Shown here in pieces: positions 1-12,632 of a DNA stretch of 64,000 bases; position 1 is the first letter of the stretch; the number at the start of each line of letters is the position of its first letter. This DNA comes from Octopus bimaculoides (taxonomy: Eukaryota), in contig NC_068986.1 in NCBI RefSeq assembly GCF_001194135.2, forward strand, positions 6,181,067-6,245,066. Direction: 5' to 3'. The notes beneath the pieces are model-generated. The model saw only the letters and a list, made by a program, of their open reading frames with translations, ran no database searches and was not told the origin of the DNA. The position numbers were made by a program, and so were the translations under genes.

Positions 1-990
1 GTAGTGGTAGAGAACCCCTTGTCAGCCCTGTTGATGATAAGCCAAAACTACATGTTGGGATATGCAGAAAAGAGTAAAACTAAGATTATGCACACAAATT
101 TTTGTTAGGTACTCTGAGTGTACAACAGTCTCATATGACTCAAAGGAAATTGAATTGGCCTACATAAACAGGAGCTTGGAGGAGAAGCACTCATTATTCC
201 AACAGAAAGTAACACATGAGTACATATGCTACAAACTAGAAGATAACAGCAGCATTGACAGAAAGATTAACCTCTGCTGGATCTGTGACAGACACATTAT
301 ATCCCACCTAGAAAGATATACCTTCACTATCCAGGAACAAGAGACAGCTACTAAATACCTGATAAACTAGAGAGACAAATATACCACTGCATTGTGATAG
401 AAAATGTCAATTATGCTATACATGTGTGGAAGACATCACCTCCTTCATCAGCAGCTTCCCCAAAATGTTTTCAAGATACTCTTGAGACATGATATAGTTG
501 TAAAAATTATTTACAATTCTATCTGCAAGAAGGATTGCTCTGATTGATACATCAATGGCATGGCAGAACCAGAATGTATTTACACCTTTAAAAACAAGAA
601 ATACTAGTGGAATATTCTAATAAATATAGCAATTTGGTGCAAACACCACGGACCTGATATTGTTTTGTGAGACAGAGAGCCAAAATCATGTACTATTGTA
701 GAAGACTATGGCAGCTGTCCAATGGATGTAAACATACCATCAAAGGTTCAGGAAAAAAGAGAATATGGTGAACTAATGGGAGATTGACAGCTCTTGTATC
801 CTGGCTATAGATTTTCATTTGTATCCATCATCAGAGGTGCATTAGTTTATGTAATAATGGATTTGAACAAAAAGTGAGAAATACCAAGATTCTTTAAGAA
901 AGAGCAAAGGAAACTGATGTGCATCCTACAAATCCAATCTATCAGTGACATAGTAAACATCTGCAAGACATTCTCAAAATTCTTCTTTGG
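1..990 (+). mobile_element. Decayed 3' part of an R4/Dong-like non-LTR retrotransposon with restriction-like endonuclease (RLE)
   Basis: Across frameshifts: ...TIQEQETATKYLIN, a degenerate zinc knuckle CDRKCQLCYTCVEDITSFISSFPKMFSRY (~393-480), LRHDIVVK (~483-506), PDIVL (~651-668), SCPMDVNIPSKVQEK, LLYPGYRFSFVSIIRGALVYV and terminal LQIQSISDIVNICKTF. This is the motif order of RLE-clade ORF C-termini. Confidence 0.7.
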
Positions 991-1586
991 GGATTCTTTA
1001 AATGAATATACGCATGCATTTGATTGTATATATCTACAAAATCACATAGGTAAAAAGATGATTATATATACACGCTCACATGCACATGTTTAAGTGCTAC
1101 AGAAATGTGTTTAAATAGAACATAGGTGCAGATGCACCCACCAAAATATATGGCTACACTGACTCAACCATGTAAAAACCCTGGGAACTGTCTTAACACA
1201 AAAGGTTTTGTCACTTTGTCACTTTGTCAGTAACGCCATGAATAAGCACTTAGAAGACAGGTCTTTTAACACTCAGTGTTATTAGGAAGCGTCTCTGTCT
1301 TTCTATTCTTGTATAATTTATTCTTTTATTTGTTTCGGTCATTTGATTGCAACCACGATGAAGCATGGCTGCACAGACATTTCCAGTCCATCAAAACAAC
1401 CCCAATACTTATTTGAGGTTCATTACTTATTATATTGCTTGCACTTTTCTTTCTCTTTTTTTTGTTTGTTTTTGCCAAACTGCTGTGTTACAGAGTTGTC
1501 AAGTGGTGAGGAGCAAGCACAAACATGTGCACACATACACACACACACACACACATACAAATGTTTATCTTCTGCCATTAGTGCAT

Positions 1587-1618
<32 letters not shown>

Positions 1619-1636
1619 ATACTTCTATATTCTTTT

Positions 1637-2218
1637 ATTCTTTTTTTGTTTCAGTCATTTGATTGTGGCCATGCTAGGACACTGCCTTGAATGGTTTTAG
1701 TCGAACAAATTGACTCCAGGACTTATTTTTTTATAAAGCCTAGTGCTTATTCTGTTGGTCTTCTTTTGCCGAGCCGCTAAGTTATGGAAACGTAAATACA
1801 CCAACACCAGNNNNNNNNNNCAGGCACAACAGAAACAGGAAGAAAGAATGAGAAAAAGTTGTGGTGAAAGAGTACAGCAGGGTTCGCCACCATTCCCTGC
1901 CGGAGCCTCGTGGAGCTTTAGGTGTTTTCGCTCAATAAACACTCACAACGCCCGGTCTGGGAATCGGAACCGCGATCCTATGACCGCGAGTTCGCTGCCC
2001 TAACCACTGAGCCATTGCGCCTCCACATACATACATACATACATATATACATGATGGTCTTCTTTCAGTTTCTGTCTACCAAATCCACCCACAAGGCTTT
2101 GGTCAGCCCGAGGCTGAGGTAGAAGACACTTACCCAAGGTACCACATAGTGGGACTGAACCCAGAATCATGTAGTAGGAAAACAAGCTTCTTACCACACA
2201 GTCCCACCTGCACCTATA
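1637..2218 (-). mobile_element. SINE family A (tRNA-like head, internal microsatellite), interrupted by a SINE B copy
   Basis: 3' half at 1637-1810 and head at 2040-2218 match the full copy at 19141-19547. Confidence 0.85.
1821..2021 (-). mobile_element. SINE family B (tRNA-derived head GGCGCAATGGCTCAGTGGTTAGGGCAGCGAACTCGCGG...)
   Basis: A-box/B-box tRNA-like head; near-identical copy on + strand at 23088-23290. Confidence 0.85.
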
Positions 2219-2220
2219 TA

Positions 2221-3414
2221 TTAGGTCATCAAGTATGAAATTTGTAGTAAGGTATATTTTGACAATCTTTATTTTTTGTGCTTTATAAAGTATTTATAAA
2301 TCTTTTTTTTGCTATTTTTGTTTAGAGATGGATAAGTCGGAAATTTGTACGGTTTTGAAATATGAGTTCTTTCTTGGAAATACAGCATCACAGACAGCTC
2401 GGAATATTAATGGAGTATTTCATTCTTATGTTATTACACAGCAGATAGTATCAAATTGCTTTGCAAAATTTCATTCTGGTAACTTTGACCTCACAAATGA
2501 GCAACACAATCAACCAGAAGCAAAAGTGAATAATGACAAACTGAAAGCCACTGTCGAGTCAGATCCATCTAAAAGTGCTCATGAATTATCATTGTTGTTT
2601 GGTGTTAGGAAGCAAACAATATTGACTCACCTAGTTCGAATTGGTAAAGTGAAAAAGTTGGATAAGTGGGTTCCACATAAACTCAATGAAAATCAGAAAC
2701 AGCAACATTTGGAAGCCTGCATTATGCTACTTTCTCATCACAAAAATGAATCGTTTTTGACTCGAATTGTAACATGTGATGAGAAATGGATCCAACACAA
2801 CAACCATAAACATTCAGCACAATGGTTGGACAAAGACAAGCCACCAAAACCCAGTCCAAAAAGCAAAATTCATCAAAAGAAGCTGATGTTGTGTGTTTGG
2901 TGGTCTGGCGCAGGTGCGATCCATTATGATTTCATTAAACCTAGCTCATCTGTCACAGCTGAAGTATACTGCAGCCAACTGGAGCAAATGATGCAGAAAC
3001 TTACAAAAATCAACCTAGATCAGTCAACAGATCCACTCCTATTTTATTGCAAGACAACGCCATATTACACAATACAAAAATGACATTGGCGAAACTACAA
3101 GAGTTGTAGTTGGAAGTTCTCCATCATCTCACCTGATCTTGTTCCCACTGACTACCACTTCTTCCAGAATTTGGATAATTTTTTGATAGGAAAAATATTT
3201 AATTCCGATGATTCTGTAAAACAGGCCTTCCAAGATTTTACTGATTCTAGATTGCCAGGCTTTTACAGTTCTGGGATGGACAAGCTACCGCTGAAATGGC
3301 AAGTGTATTGACAATATGGGTGCATACTTTGATGAATAAAACTATTCATTGTGCTTATAAAACATTAGCAAACTTTTTTTTTCTTTTCTATAAATTTCAT
3401 ACTTGATGACCTAA
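2221..3414 (+). mobile_element. Near-full-length mariner transposon (cecropia/Hsmar1-like)
   Basis: Perfect 23-bp TIRs TTAGGTCATCAAGTATGAAATTT (2221-2243 / 3392-3414), each flanked by TA; encloses a transposase. Confidence 0.95.
2328..3339 (+). pseudogene. Mariner transposase pseudogene (D,D34D)
   Basis: GKVKKLDKWVPHKL, IVTCDEKW, LLQDNA, SPDLVPTDYHFF and C-terminal CIDNMGAYFDE*. Frameshifts near 3030, 3130 and 3300, and an in-frame stop. D34D spacing is recovered if the deleted PPY is restored. Confidence 0.92.
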
Positions 3415-4139
3415 TATTTATACTCGATCTATCATCTAGTAAAGAGATCTTTTACATAGCGGGCCCCTTACTTTAATGAAACCTCAACTGTTAGCTGTTT
3501 CAAGGATCACATTAGTTGTATGTCTGACTCTAGCTAAAGAGAAAGCACTACAATAAGGTCATTTAAATCATACTTCTCTTATCTCTTAACTAACATTAAG
3601 GAATTAGAGAAGTGTAAACTTGGATAGACAGGACTTCCTTTGGTTAACAGACAAGCATTTTCCGCTGGCACAGAAAAATATTCAGTAGCTATGTCTTGAG
3701 TGTCCACCTAATATAAAGCAAATTTTAGTTAATAGGCTGAAATCAAACACATCCCTGTAGCTCATATACCTTTCCTATATTCCTACACTCCTGTATATCT
3801 TTCTCCTTCATCTCCTTATTTTCCTCCATATCTCTCTTCCTCATTTTCTCCTTCTTTCACCACCTTGCCTTCCCTTTATCATAAACAGTTTTCTGCTACC
3901 CATGTATACATACAATACACTTCAGCAACCTGGCTATTTATCCCTCATCTTCTTATTCACCTCTTTTTACATGCACATAAGTGCTTGGAAGACCATTTTC
4001 ACATGAACTGGGCTCAGGAGATGTAACATTGATTTCACAGGTCAATCTAAGGAATGTAAATCTGGAAGGACTTGATGTTCCTTAGATCAGGAGTTCTCAA
4101 AAATATTTTACCTATGGTTATCTATATTACATAGCACTG

Positions 4140-4420
4140 GCATGGGTGGATTTTATGTGGCACTGGCACCTATGAGCCCACAAGATTGGGAATGAAGGGA
4201 GGTGAAGGGGATATGCCTATATACAACGACAATCACGTATCTACTTAGTCTGACATATCCTCTCAAGCACAGCAAACTGCCTTGGATCCCTGTGATATCC
4301 TCTGTGAGGCCTAGCATCTGAAGATCCTTTCTCACCACTTCTTCCCATATCTTCCTGGGTCTACTCCTTCCACATGTTTCCTCCACAGTAAGAGCTTGAC
4401 ACTTCTTGATTGCTATATTA
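4140..4420 (-). mobile_element. RTE LINE 3' coding fragment
   Basis: Minus-strand CQALTVEETCGRSRPRKIWEEVVRKDLQMLGL, the RTE GRGRP..W...V..DL terminus. Confidence 0.85.
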
Positions 4421-4559
4421 TTCTGGTGGACCCCACCCCATAGCCATTTGATGTTTAGAAACTGGTTTTATAGAAATTTCTCTCAAAATTCTAATTTTCC
4501 TTTTCATACGTTAATTGTAGGTTGAACTATGTAAAATGCTAGAGAAAGAAACCTATCTG

Positions 4560-5080
4560 TTTTTGCACCAGACCCTGGTCTGATTTGGCATGGTTTCTAT
4601 GGCTGGATGCCCTTCCTAATGTTAACCACTTTGCTGAGTGTGCTGAGTGTTTTTATGTGGCACCGCACAGACACTTTTATGTGATACCGCGTGGGCGTTT
4701 TTATATGGCATCACCATAGGTGCTTTCACAACCAGAAGGATCAGTCTTAACACTTCTGCTGTGGGGTACAGGTCCTCTTGTGTATGACCAGGTGCCAGGT
4801 ATCTCGCTCCTTTGTTATCTCACCTGAAAGATCCAGCTTCCTAAGGTTGTTCTTCAGTATTTCATCCTATGTTTTCTGGGTCTCCCACTTCCACATGTTC
4901 CATCCACTTTGAGAAATCAACACTTCTTTTTGGAGCTGTTGGCATCCATCCACATCACATGACCAAACCAGTGCAGTCACCTCTCTTGTACACAGCAACA
5001 AATTCCTCTTATGCCTCATTTCTCTCTCAGAACATTGACATTGTTGAACATGTACACTTACATTACACATCCAAAAGTAA
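4560..5080 (-). mobile_element. RTE LINE fragment (RT C-terminus plus 3' UTR part)
   Basis: MCNVSVHVQQ... and the 3' UTR motif GGATGCCCTTCCTAA shared with other RTE tails. Confidence 0.75.
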
Positions 5081-5785
5081 AATTTTTTCAGGGGCCTGTA
5101 AAATACTATTGTGGCTCCTCAATTTACTATTTTGTTGCATGGATCCCCCAAAATCTTATATGGAACCCCAGGGGCTGTATGGACCCTGGCTGAGAACCAC
5201 TGTCTTAGATTGAAATTGAATATTGTGCTGCGTTATTTTTTTTGCACTTTTTAAAAAATTCATTTTTTGTTTCTACAATCAAAGACTTCAGAACTTCTTG
5301 ACTGAATATATTCTTTCTAACAACCTGTACAAAAGAGCCCTAGCCATACATATTTGCCATATCTCATGAATATCTGATTATTCCTCCCTTATAGGGAACA
5401 TTAATTATTTACAAAAACCATCTGACACCCTTTGGCTGCATATGAAGCTTGATTTATCATGCTATAATAAATAATAAACTGACCCAGTTGCCTTGTATTG
5501 AGTGTACTCTTTCTGAAGCCTTCTCAGACAATGGCATGCATCTCCTCCTCCTCCTCCTCNNNNNNNNNNNNNNNNNNNNNNNNNNNNNNNNNNNNNNNNN
5601 NNNNNNNNNNNNNNNNNNNNNNNNNNNNNNNNNNNNNNNNNNNNNNNNNNNNNNNNNNNNNNNNNNNNNNNNNNNNNNNNNNNNNNNNNNNNNNNNNNNN
5701 NNNNNNNNNNNNNNNNNNNNNNNNNNNNNNNNNNNNNNNNNNNNNNNNNNNNNNNNNNNNNNNNNTGCTGCTGCTGCTGCTGCTG

Positions 5786-5854
<69 letters not shown>

Positions 5855-6441
5855 TTCCTCCTCCTTACTCTCTTTACCCTCTCATATCGTTACACTCTCA
5901 TATCGTTACATTCTCTATCACCCTCGCCCCCCCATTCCTTCTATCTGGCACTCCTTTACTCTTTACCTTCTCATCTCTATTACTCTCATATTTTTCTCTC
6001 TCTCTATCACCCTCACCTCCCCATTCCTTCTATCAATTTATTTTGACTGACCACTAACCACTACACTCTCCCTCTCTTCATTTCTTTATTATCTCTCTCC
6101 CCTGTTTTCTTTTCTTTTCTTTTTTCTTTTTTCATTTCTTTTTCGTCTCTTCCTGTTTTCGATTTGACCTTACAAATACATTCCCAACTTTTATGTCACT
6201 TTAAAAAACCCCTCGATTTAATAACACTGTTTACAAACTCTATGCTTGGAATGACCAATTTTAAATACTATTGGAACTTACTCACAGGCTACAGGAATCT
6301 TATATATACACCATTCTGCTTAAATAATGGAACTACAGATACAATATCCCTGCATATCTCACATCTATTTTCATTCCTCCACTTCACTCTTTATTTCATA
6401 TCTTATCTAGAATAACTATTACTTAACCATTTTCTCACACC

Positions 6442-6489
6442 GTCTCTGATGAAGGGATATATAAAGTATCGTGGAAACAGCTGTAAGAC
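6442..6489 (+). ncRNA. Minimal type-I hammerhead ribozyme motif (Penelope pLTR-type)
   Basis: gtct-CTGATGA-agggatatataaagtatcgtg-GAAA-cagctg-TA-agac. Stem I gtct/agac, stem II gata/tatc (outer pairs decayed), palindromic stem III ACAGCTGT, GUA cleavage triplet. Confidence 0.7.
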
Positions 6490-6829
6490 CTTCTATTTAT
6501 AAATGTTCTGAAATCTTTCACAGCCTTGGATTTTTATCTCATTCTGTTAATTTTTTAATATATACGCATGCTGATATATGACCTACGTTGGACTCTTCAT
6601 TCGCATAATCACTGAACCTGGAGCTTAACTATAGTCTGTCCATACTGCTTACTCAACATTACCTGACACCTTTGGGTCTTATTGACACCATTACCTCTCA
6701 TAACCTCTCTCTCTCTCTCTCTCTCCCCCTCTCTCTCTCTCTATATATATATAAACAAATAATAAATGAGTATATGCATATATACGTACAGGTATGTGCA
6801 TACCTACGTCTACCTGTATATATAGGTGC

Positions 6830-6860
<31 letters not shown>

Positions 6861-7136
6861 CACATACACACACAATATATTTATATACAAAGTCATAAAT
6901 GACAGAAATAGTTTGATGAAATTTTTTTTTAACAATAAAAAAAATTCTTACATCACAACAAATTGTTTCATAGCTTAAAAACATGTAAATAATTTATATT
7001 ATTATATTTAATAATAAATAAGTCATTTACATGTTTGCATTAATGCAAAATTCCCCAAATCCTTCAAAATGATACAGTTAAGGAACTTTTTTCAGGAGTA
7101 GTATCAAATTACTTGAATCCATATATTGAAGCTTAA

Positions 7137-7198
<62 letters not shown>

Positions 7199-7262
7199 AC
7201 ATACACATATATATANNNNNNNNNNNNNNNNNNNNNNNNNNNNNNNNNNNNNNNNNNNNNNN

Positions 7263-7293
<31 letters not shown>

Positions 7294-7701
7294 CCTTCTT
7301 TATTTTCGCTTTTCAGTCTCATTCTTTGTATATTACACCCTTCATGATAAGTTACATCCTCAAAATGTAGATATGTAATTTCCTCATAAGGGATTGTTAA
7401 TAACAATCCAGATGCCAACTGGCTTTATCAAATATATTGACAAAGAAAATTGCTTACTGCAGTTTCTGCTATAAGGTGCAATACACACAAAGTTGAGTGC
7501 TTGAGTATAACCCTATAGCTTCATCAGAACTTAAAATATTTCCACTTGCTATTTATTTATTTTTTTTATTACGATCTGTACTCAACTAATGTTTCTTTCT
7601 GAAGCATATGTAAACTGAGTTATTCGTACCATTACACCTGAGTGAACTATGTATGTATGTATGTATGTATGTATGTATATGTGTGTGTGTGTGTGTGTGT
7701 G

Positions 7702-7741
<40 letters not shown>

Positions 7742-7974
7742 TATATGAATGTATGTAAATGAAATGATAAATGTCTCTTACAGGAAAAAACCATTAGAGA
7801 GACAATTTGTCTGTAAATGTAACAGAACTAGCCTTGTAAGTGTTACTTATCAATAAATAAATTAGTGTATCATCCATTTGATCTATTGAATATCTTTATT
7901 TGTTGTTTCATCTGTTTCTGATGGCATTACTAACTACATACTTACATGCATACATACCTTCAAACATGTGTATA

Positions 7975-9340
7975 TCATCATCATCATCATCATTTAATGT
8001 CTGTTTTCCATGCTGGCATGGGTTGGACAGTTTGACAGGAGATGGTCAGCTGCTGAGCAGTCCAGGTTCCATGTCTGTTTTGACATGGTTTCGACGGCTG
8101 GATGCCCTCCCTAATGTCACCCACTTTACAGAGTGTATTGGGTGCTTTTACATAGCACTGGCATGGATGCTATTGTGTGGCACTAACATGAGTTCTTTTT
8201 ATGTGAGCCCAGCACCCAAGAGCCCACAAGATTAAGAATGCTCAACTGGAGAGGGATGCACTGGGATATGCTCATATGCAAGGATGACCACGTATTTTCT
8301 TAGTTGACATGTCTTCTGAAGCACAGAAAACTGCCAGAAGTCTCAGTTTTCTGTGAGTCACAACATCTGAAGATCCTTTCTCACCACTTCATCCCATGTC
8401 TACCTGGGTGTACTCCTACTACACGTTCCCTTCACATTTAGAGCTCAACACTTCTTAATGCCATTGTCTTCATTCATACGCATTACATGACTGTACCAAT
8501 GCAGTCTTCTCTCTTGAAAACTACATCTGCTTTTCTCTCAAATCACTTACACTCTGTCGTATATGCACACTGACATTAGCCATCCACTAGAACATACTGA
8601 ATGCATTTCTTTCAAGCCTTCGCGTGTCCTCAGCAATCACAGCCCATGTTTCATTGCCATGTAGTATAACTGTTTGTACATAGACATCATACAATCTGCC
8701 TTTACTAGCAGAGGTAGCAGCTCTCTGAACTTTGCCCTGCCTCTTATTCTAGTGGCTATGCTTTTGGAACAACCTCTGCCACAGCTAACTTGGTCATCTA
8801 AGTAACAGAAACTGCCTACTACTTCTAAGGATCACCCACTGACATTTGACAGAGTCTATATTTTGTACATTCCTGCTGTTTAATGTACCTGCACATCTTC
8901 CACATCAAAGACTACTTTCTCAGTTAGTCTTCCCGTGATACTGCTGCACCTCTTATGTGTTAATAGCTTGCACTCGGTACATCTTATGCAGTTTCTCTCA
9001 ACACCTTTTCTACATATCAAGCAGGGCCATCTCCTTGAAAGGAACTGTGGATTGTCTGTTTTCCGACTTCTAGGTCTTTGGTTTTTGCTAAATTAATTCT
9101 AAGGCCCTTTGATTCCAGGCTCTGCTGCCATACCTGAAATTTCTTCTCTAGTTCTGGTAGTGATTCAGTAAAACAAACACAGTCATCAGCATAGAGGAGT
9201 TCCCAAATGCAGCCAATATTAAATTTCTCTGTTATAACTTGGAGGAATATGATAAACAAAAGTGGGGCTGAGAACTGATCCCTGATGGACTCCTAGTTGT
9301 ACATTAAATTCCTTGCTATACTCATTGGTATACTCCCTTG
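7975..9340 (-). mobile_element. 5'-truncated RTE LINE with RT core, PHD-like finger, 3' UTR and (GAT)n tail
   Basis: GVHQGSVLSP, ELLYADD, GLRINLAKTK, WPCLICRKGVERNCIRCTECKLLTHKRC...CGRC, then the RT C-terminus, 3' UTR and (CAT)n on + at 7975-7993. Confidence 0.9.
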
Positions 9341-10552
9341 TTTGAAAATCAGGTAAGGGTTAGTAGCAAGAATGGCATCCAGCTGTAAAACACTGCTTTA
9401 ACGATATTTATTCATCTAATTCATGTTAATATGGGGAAAATGGATGTAAAAATGGATATGAACAAACGAATAAATATATAAGAGTAAGCAAGAACATACT
9501 AAGCGGAACACAGAACACAAATACAACAATAATAAATAATATGGACAAAGAAATTCCTGCATTCAGTTTTTAAAATAATTTTATGAACATTTTCATTGTT
9601 GATGATTAAAACATTTCACTTATCTCTCTTTTGGCATTGAACTGAAAAAAATGGCAGTTTTCTGTTTATTCAATGTTAGATAACATGAAAATACACGATC
9701 TAAATATTATGTTAAGTTTCCAGGGCCAAAAACATAGTCTAAAATCAAATGAGAAGATTAAAATTAATAATTTTTTTAATAGTAGGAATTAATGGTTCAC
9801 ATATAATACAAGAACAAAGAATTAATTTTTCTTTGACAAAAGGAATCTGATTTTAAATAGGCCTATTGATGTGTGCATGTATGTGTGTGTTGTATGTGAG
9901 TTTTGTGTGTGTCTGTGTGTGTGGGCGTATGAGTGTATATGTATGTGTGTGTGTGGGGGTGCGTGTGTGCGCACATGCACACACACGATTGGTATGTTAA
10001 GCGACAACAAAGCTATGTGGCAACATTATGAAGTAACATTGAGACAATGAGCAGTGAAAAATTAAAACAACTGGTGATTGAATCATGTGATGAGAATATA
10101 TGAACAGAACTAGATAAAAATGCACTATTTTACATTTGACAGTATAGACTGTATCAAGCTCTAATTCTTGAATTAGTTTGATGGAAAAACTTCATTCAAT
10201 AAGCTAATTTTCTGCAAGGGTAGAATATCATGTTCCTCGATTTTACCCTTTGTCTTACAGTAATGAAAATAATAGTATAATATAGTATTGCCACGTAGCC
10301 TAGAGGTAAATAAATTTTAGTTGCATCCTGTCCAAGTTTAAAAAGCATATTTTTTCTGTCCTTATCTCACAGACAAAAAACATTTTTCATGACAGGTGAA
10401 CTCATTAAACTCTCCTATTGATTAATTTATGCTGACACAAATCACCACTAATTTTCTTAGATTCTGGAGTTTAGCCTATTTACTTCTACAGTCTTTTTTT
10501 TCAGTGATTAAGTGATTCTGGGGAAAACATGGAATAAAGGAAGCACGCTTGA

Positions 10553-12044
10553 CCTAAAAGTATTAGAATTAACAGGAGAAATAGACTTAATGGTTAACCT
10601 TTTTGTTACTATATTTCTGTTAAAATAAACCGTCTTTGTTTCAACTAATTTTTAAAATAATGAAGAATAAAATAACATTGTCATTATTATGTTGGTGCTT
10701 GAAACATAAATTAACATGAAAATTTGATGAAAGGTTTTAATTTAGATCACTTCAGTCTTGGTCAGGTTGATCTCAAAAGGTTTAAGTAACAAGGACATTC
10801 TTTGGTGCCCTCTTTATATAATAGAGAAAAGCCCACCTTGCTAGAATTTGCAGCCAATTATCCCTTAAATTACTGTATTGAAAAAGGAAGGACTTGGTAG
10901 ACAATGTAGTCCTGGACCTAGATATATAATGCTTGAGAATTAAACCTAGTCAGGTTGGTCACATCTGAAATGACTTTAATTCTAGGTCTTGCAGATCAGG
11001 GCTGACTTGAAGTCAAACAGCAGCAGCAACAACCACAAGAAGTGTGGCAAATGAATAATTAAAATGATTTAGGTGTAAATTCTTTTTAAAACTTGAAATT
11101 CAAATTTCTGACTGGTAGATTTTTTCTCCAATTTTGAATTGTAATTTTAGGCAACATTCATGAAACCCACCATGACTGATAGCAAAGATTATCTCAAGAT
11201 TAATTATATAATTCTTGATTCCAAAGTTCTCTACATATATATCCCTTAATTATTTCAAAGAAAGAAATTTAAAGGAATATTGTTTGAATATTTCTGTTTA
11301 TTTTTCATGCTTTATTTTTTTCTTTTAAAAAAAAAATCAAAACCAAATAAATGATAATAATGGTATTTTTTGAATGCATTTGATAAGAATAACTGTTTCT
11401 TTAATAGTGGCAAAAACCACAAACTATAAGAGAGAGGCACTGTCAATTGAAGTGCATATATACCTAGCTTTTATTTTACTTTATACTCAGGCTAAATGGT
11501 AAAAAAATTTTGCTTTACAATCATGAGGTCCCACTGCATGGCATCTCAGACAATTTTTATTTTTGATAGCTTCAAGTTGACTCATTCAAAAAACATTTAA
11601 GTTTTGAATAGGATTAGTGAACGGAAATTGTAAGGAATTTTTGCATATATAGACATACTTCAACTGATGTCAATAACTGGCTCCAAGGTGTGACTTAACT
11701 TGAAAGATAACATAACATGGAAAATCATTAAAAGAAATTTATTAGCTTATATCTATTTTAATAAATGACTTGTATAAATTTTCACAGGTATTTCATTTGA
11801 TTTTTCATATCAGTATTGCCTAAAAGTATTAGAATTAACAGGAGAAATAGACTTAATGGTTAACCTTTTTGTTACTATATTTCTGTTAAAATAAACCGTC
11901 TTTGTTTCAACTAATTTTTAAAATAATGAAGAATAAAATAACATTGTCATTATTATGTTGGTGCTTGAAACATAAATTAACATGAAAATTTGATGAAAGG
12001 TTTTAATTTAGATCACTTCAGTCTTGGTCAGGTTGATCTCAAAA
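10553..12044 (+). repeat. Identical 226-bp direct repeat (10553-10778 = 11819-12044)
   Basis: Base-for-base identical by eye, offset 1266 bp, and includes about 45 bp of non-MITE flank. Confidence 0.9.
10598..10781. mobile_element. piggyBac-type MITE (TTAA-flanked)
   Basis: TTAA-CCTTTTTG...CAAAAGGT-TTAA; duplicated with flank at 11819-12044. Confidence 0.55.
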
Positions 12045-12576
12045 AAGGCTTTTCTAAAAAGTTGTCATACTTTTAAATATGTTTGTTGAAAGTGACATAA
12101 AGTTGAATAAATCAACTGATGTTGTGGTTTATTTCTTAAAAAAAAAGAACAAAACAATGTGAAATAAAAAAAAGAAGACATAATTTGAAATGACATATGT
12201 TGAAGTTTACTTGTATAAATATAAATATCTACATATGTGTTGCTAAAGTAAAAACTTTCTTTGCTTATGTACATTTGTCTATTTTTGTATTTTTTCTAAT
12301 ACTGTCCTTTTATACAGACTTCTCTTATATGTTATTTGTGTTTTTGTTACTGTCCATATCTCAAATTTCCTGTCCTTATTCATCTATCATGTCTGCTCAT
12401 TTATAACCAAGCAGTTTTATGTTGCTAACATCATCTAATCGAGCAATATTATTAGGTGCTGAAATTGTAATGATCATTGTTGACAACTGATGAGGGGTTG
12501 AGTGTCTGCTTTCATTCTGTGTTTTTTTTGTTTTTCTCACAAATTCCATTGTCATCTCTCTTTACCCACCTTATTT

Positions 12577-12632
<56 letters not shown>

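Larger units (their letters stand above)
4088..5202. mobile_element. hAT/Charlie-type non-autonomous element with nested RTE fragments
   Basis: TIRs CAGGAGTTCTCAA and TGAGAACCACTG; 8-bp TSD CCTTAGAT / TCTTAGAT (7/8 match, central TA). Confidence 0.7.

Noticed and set aside
800-840. CTGATGA...GAAA on the minus strand
   Set aside because: No stem I or stem II pairing, and it lies within RLE coding sequence.
12470-12520. CTGATGAGGGG resembling a hammerhead start
   Set aside because: No downstream GAAA or stems.
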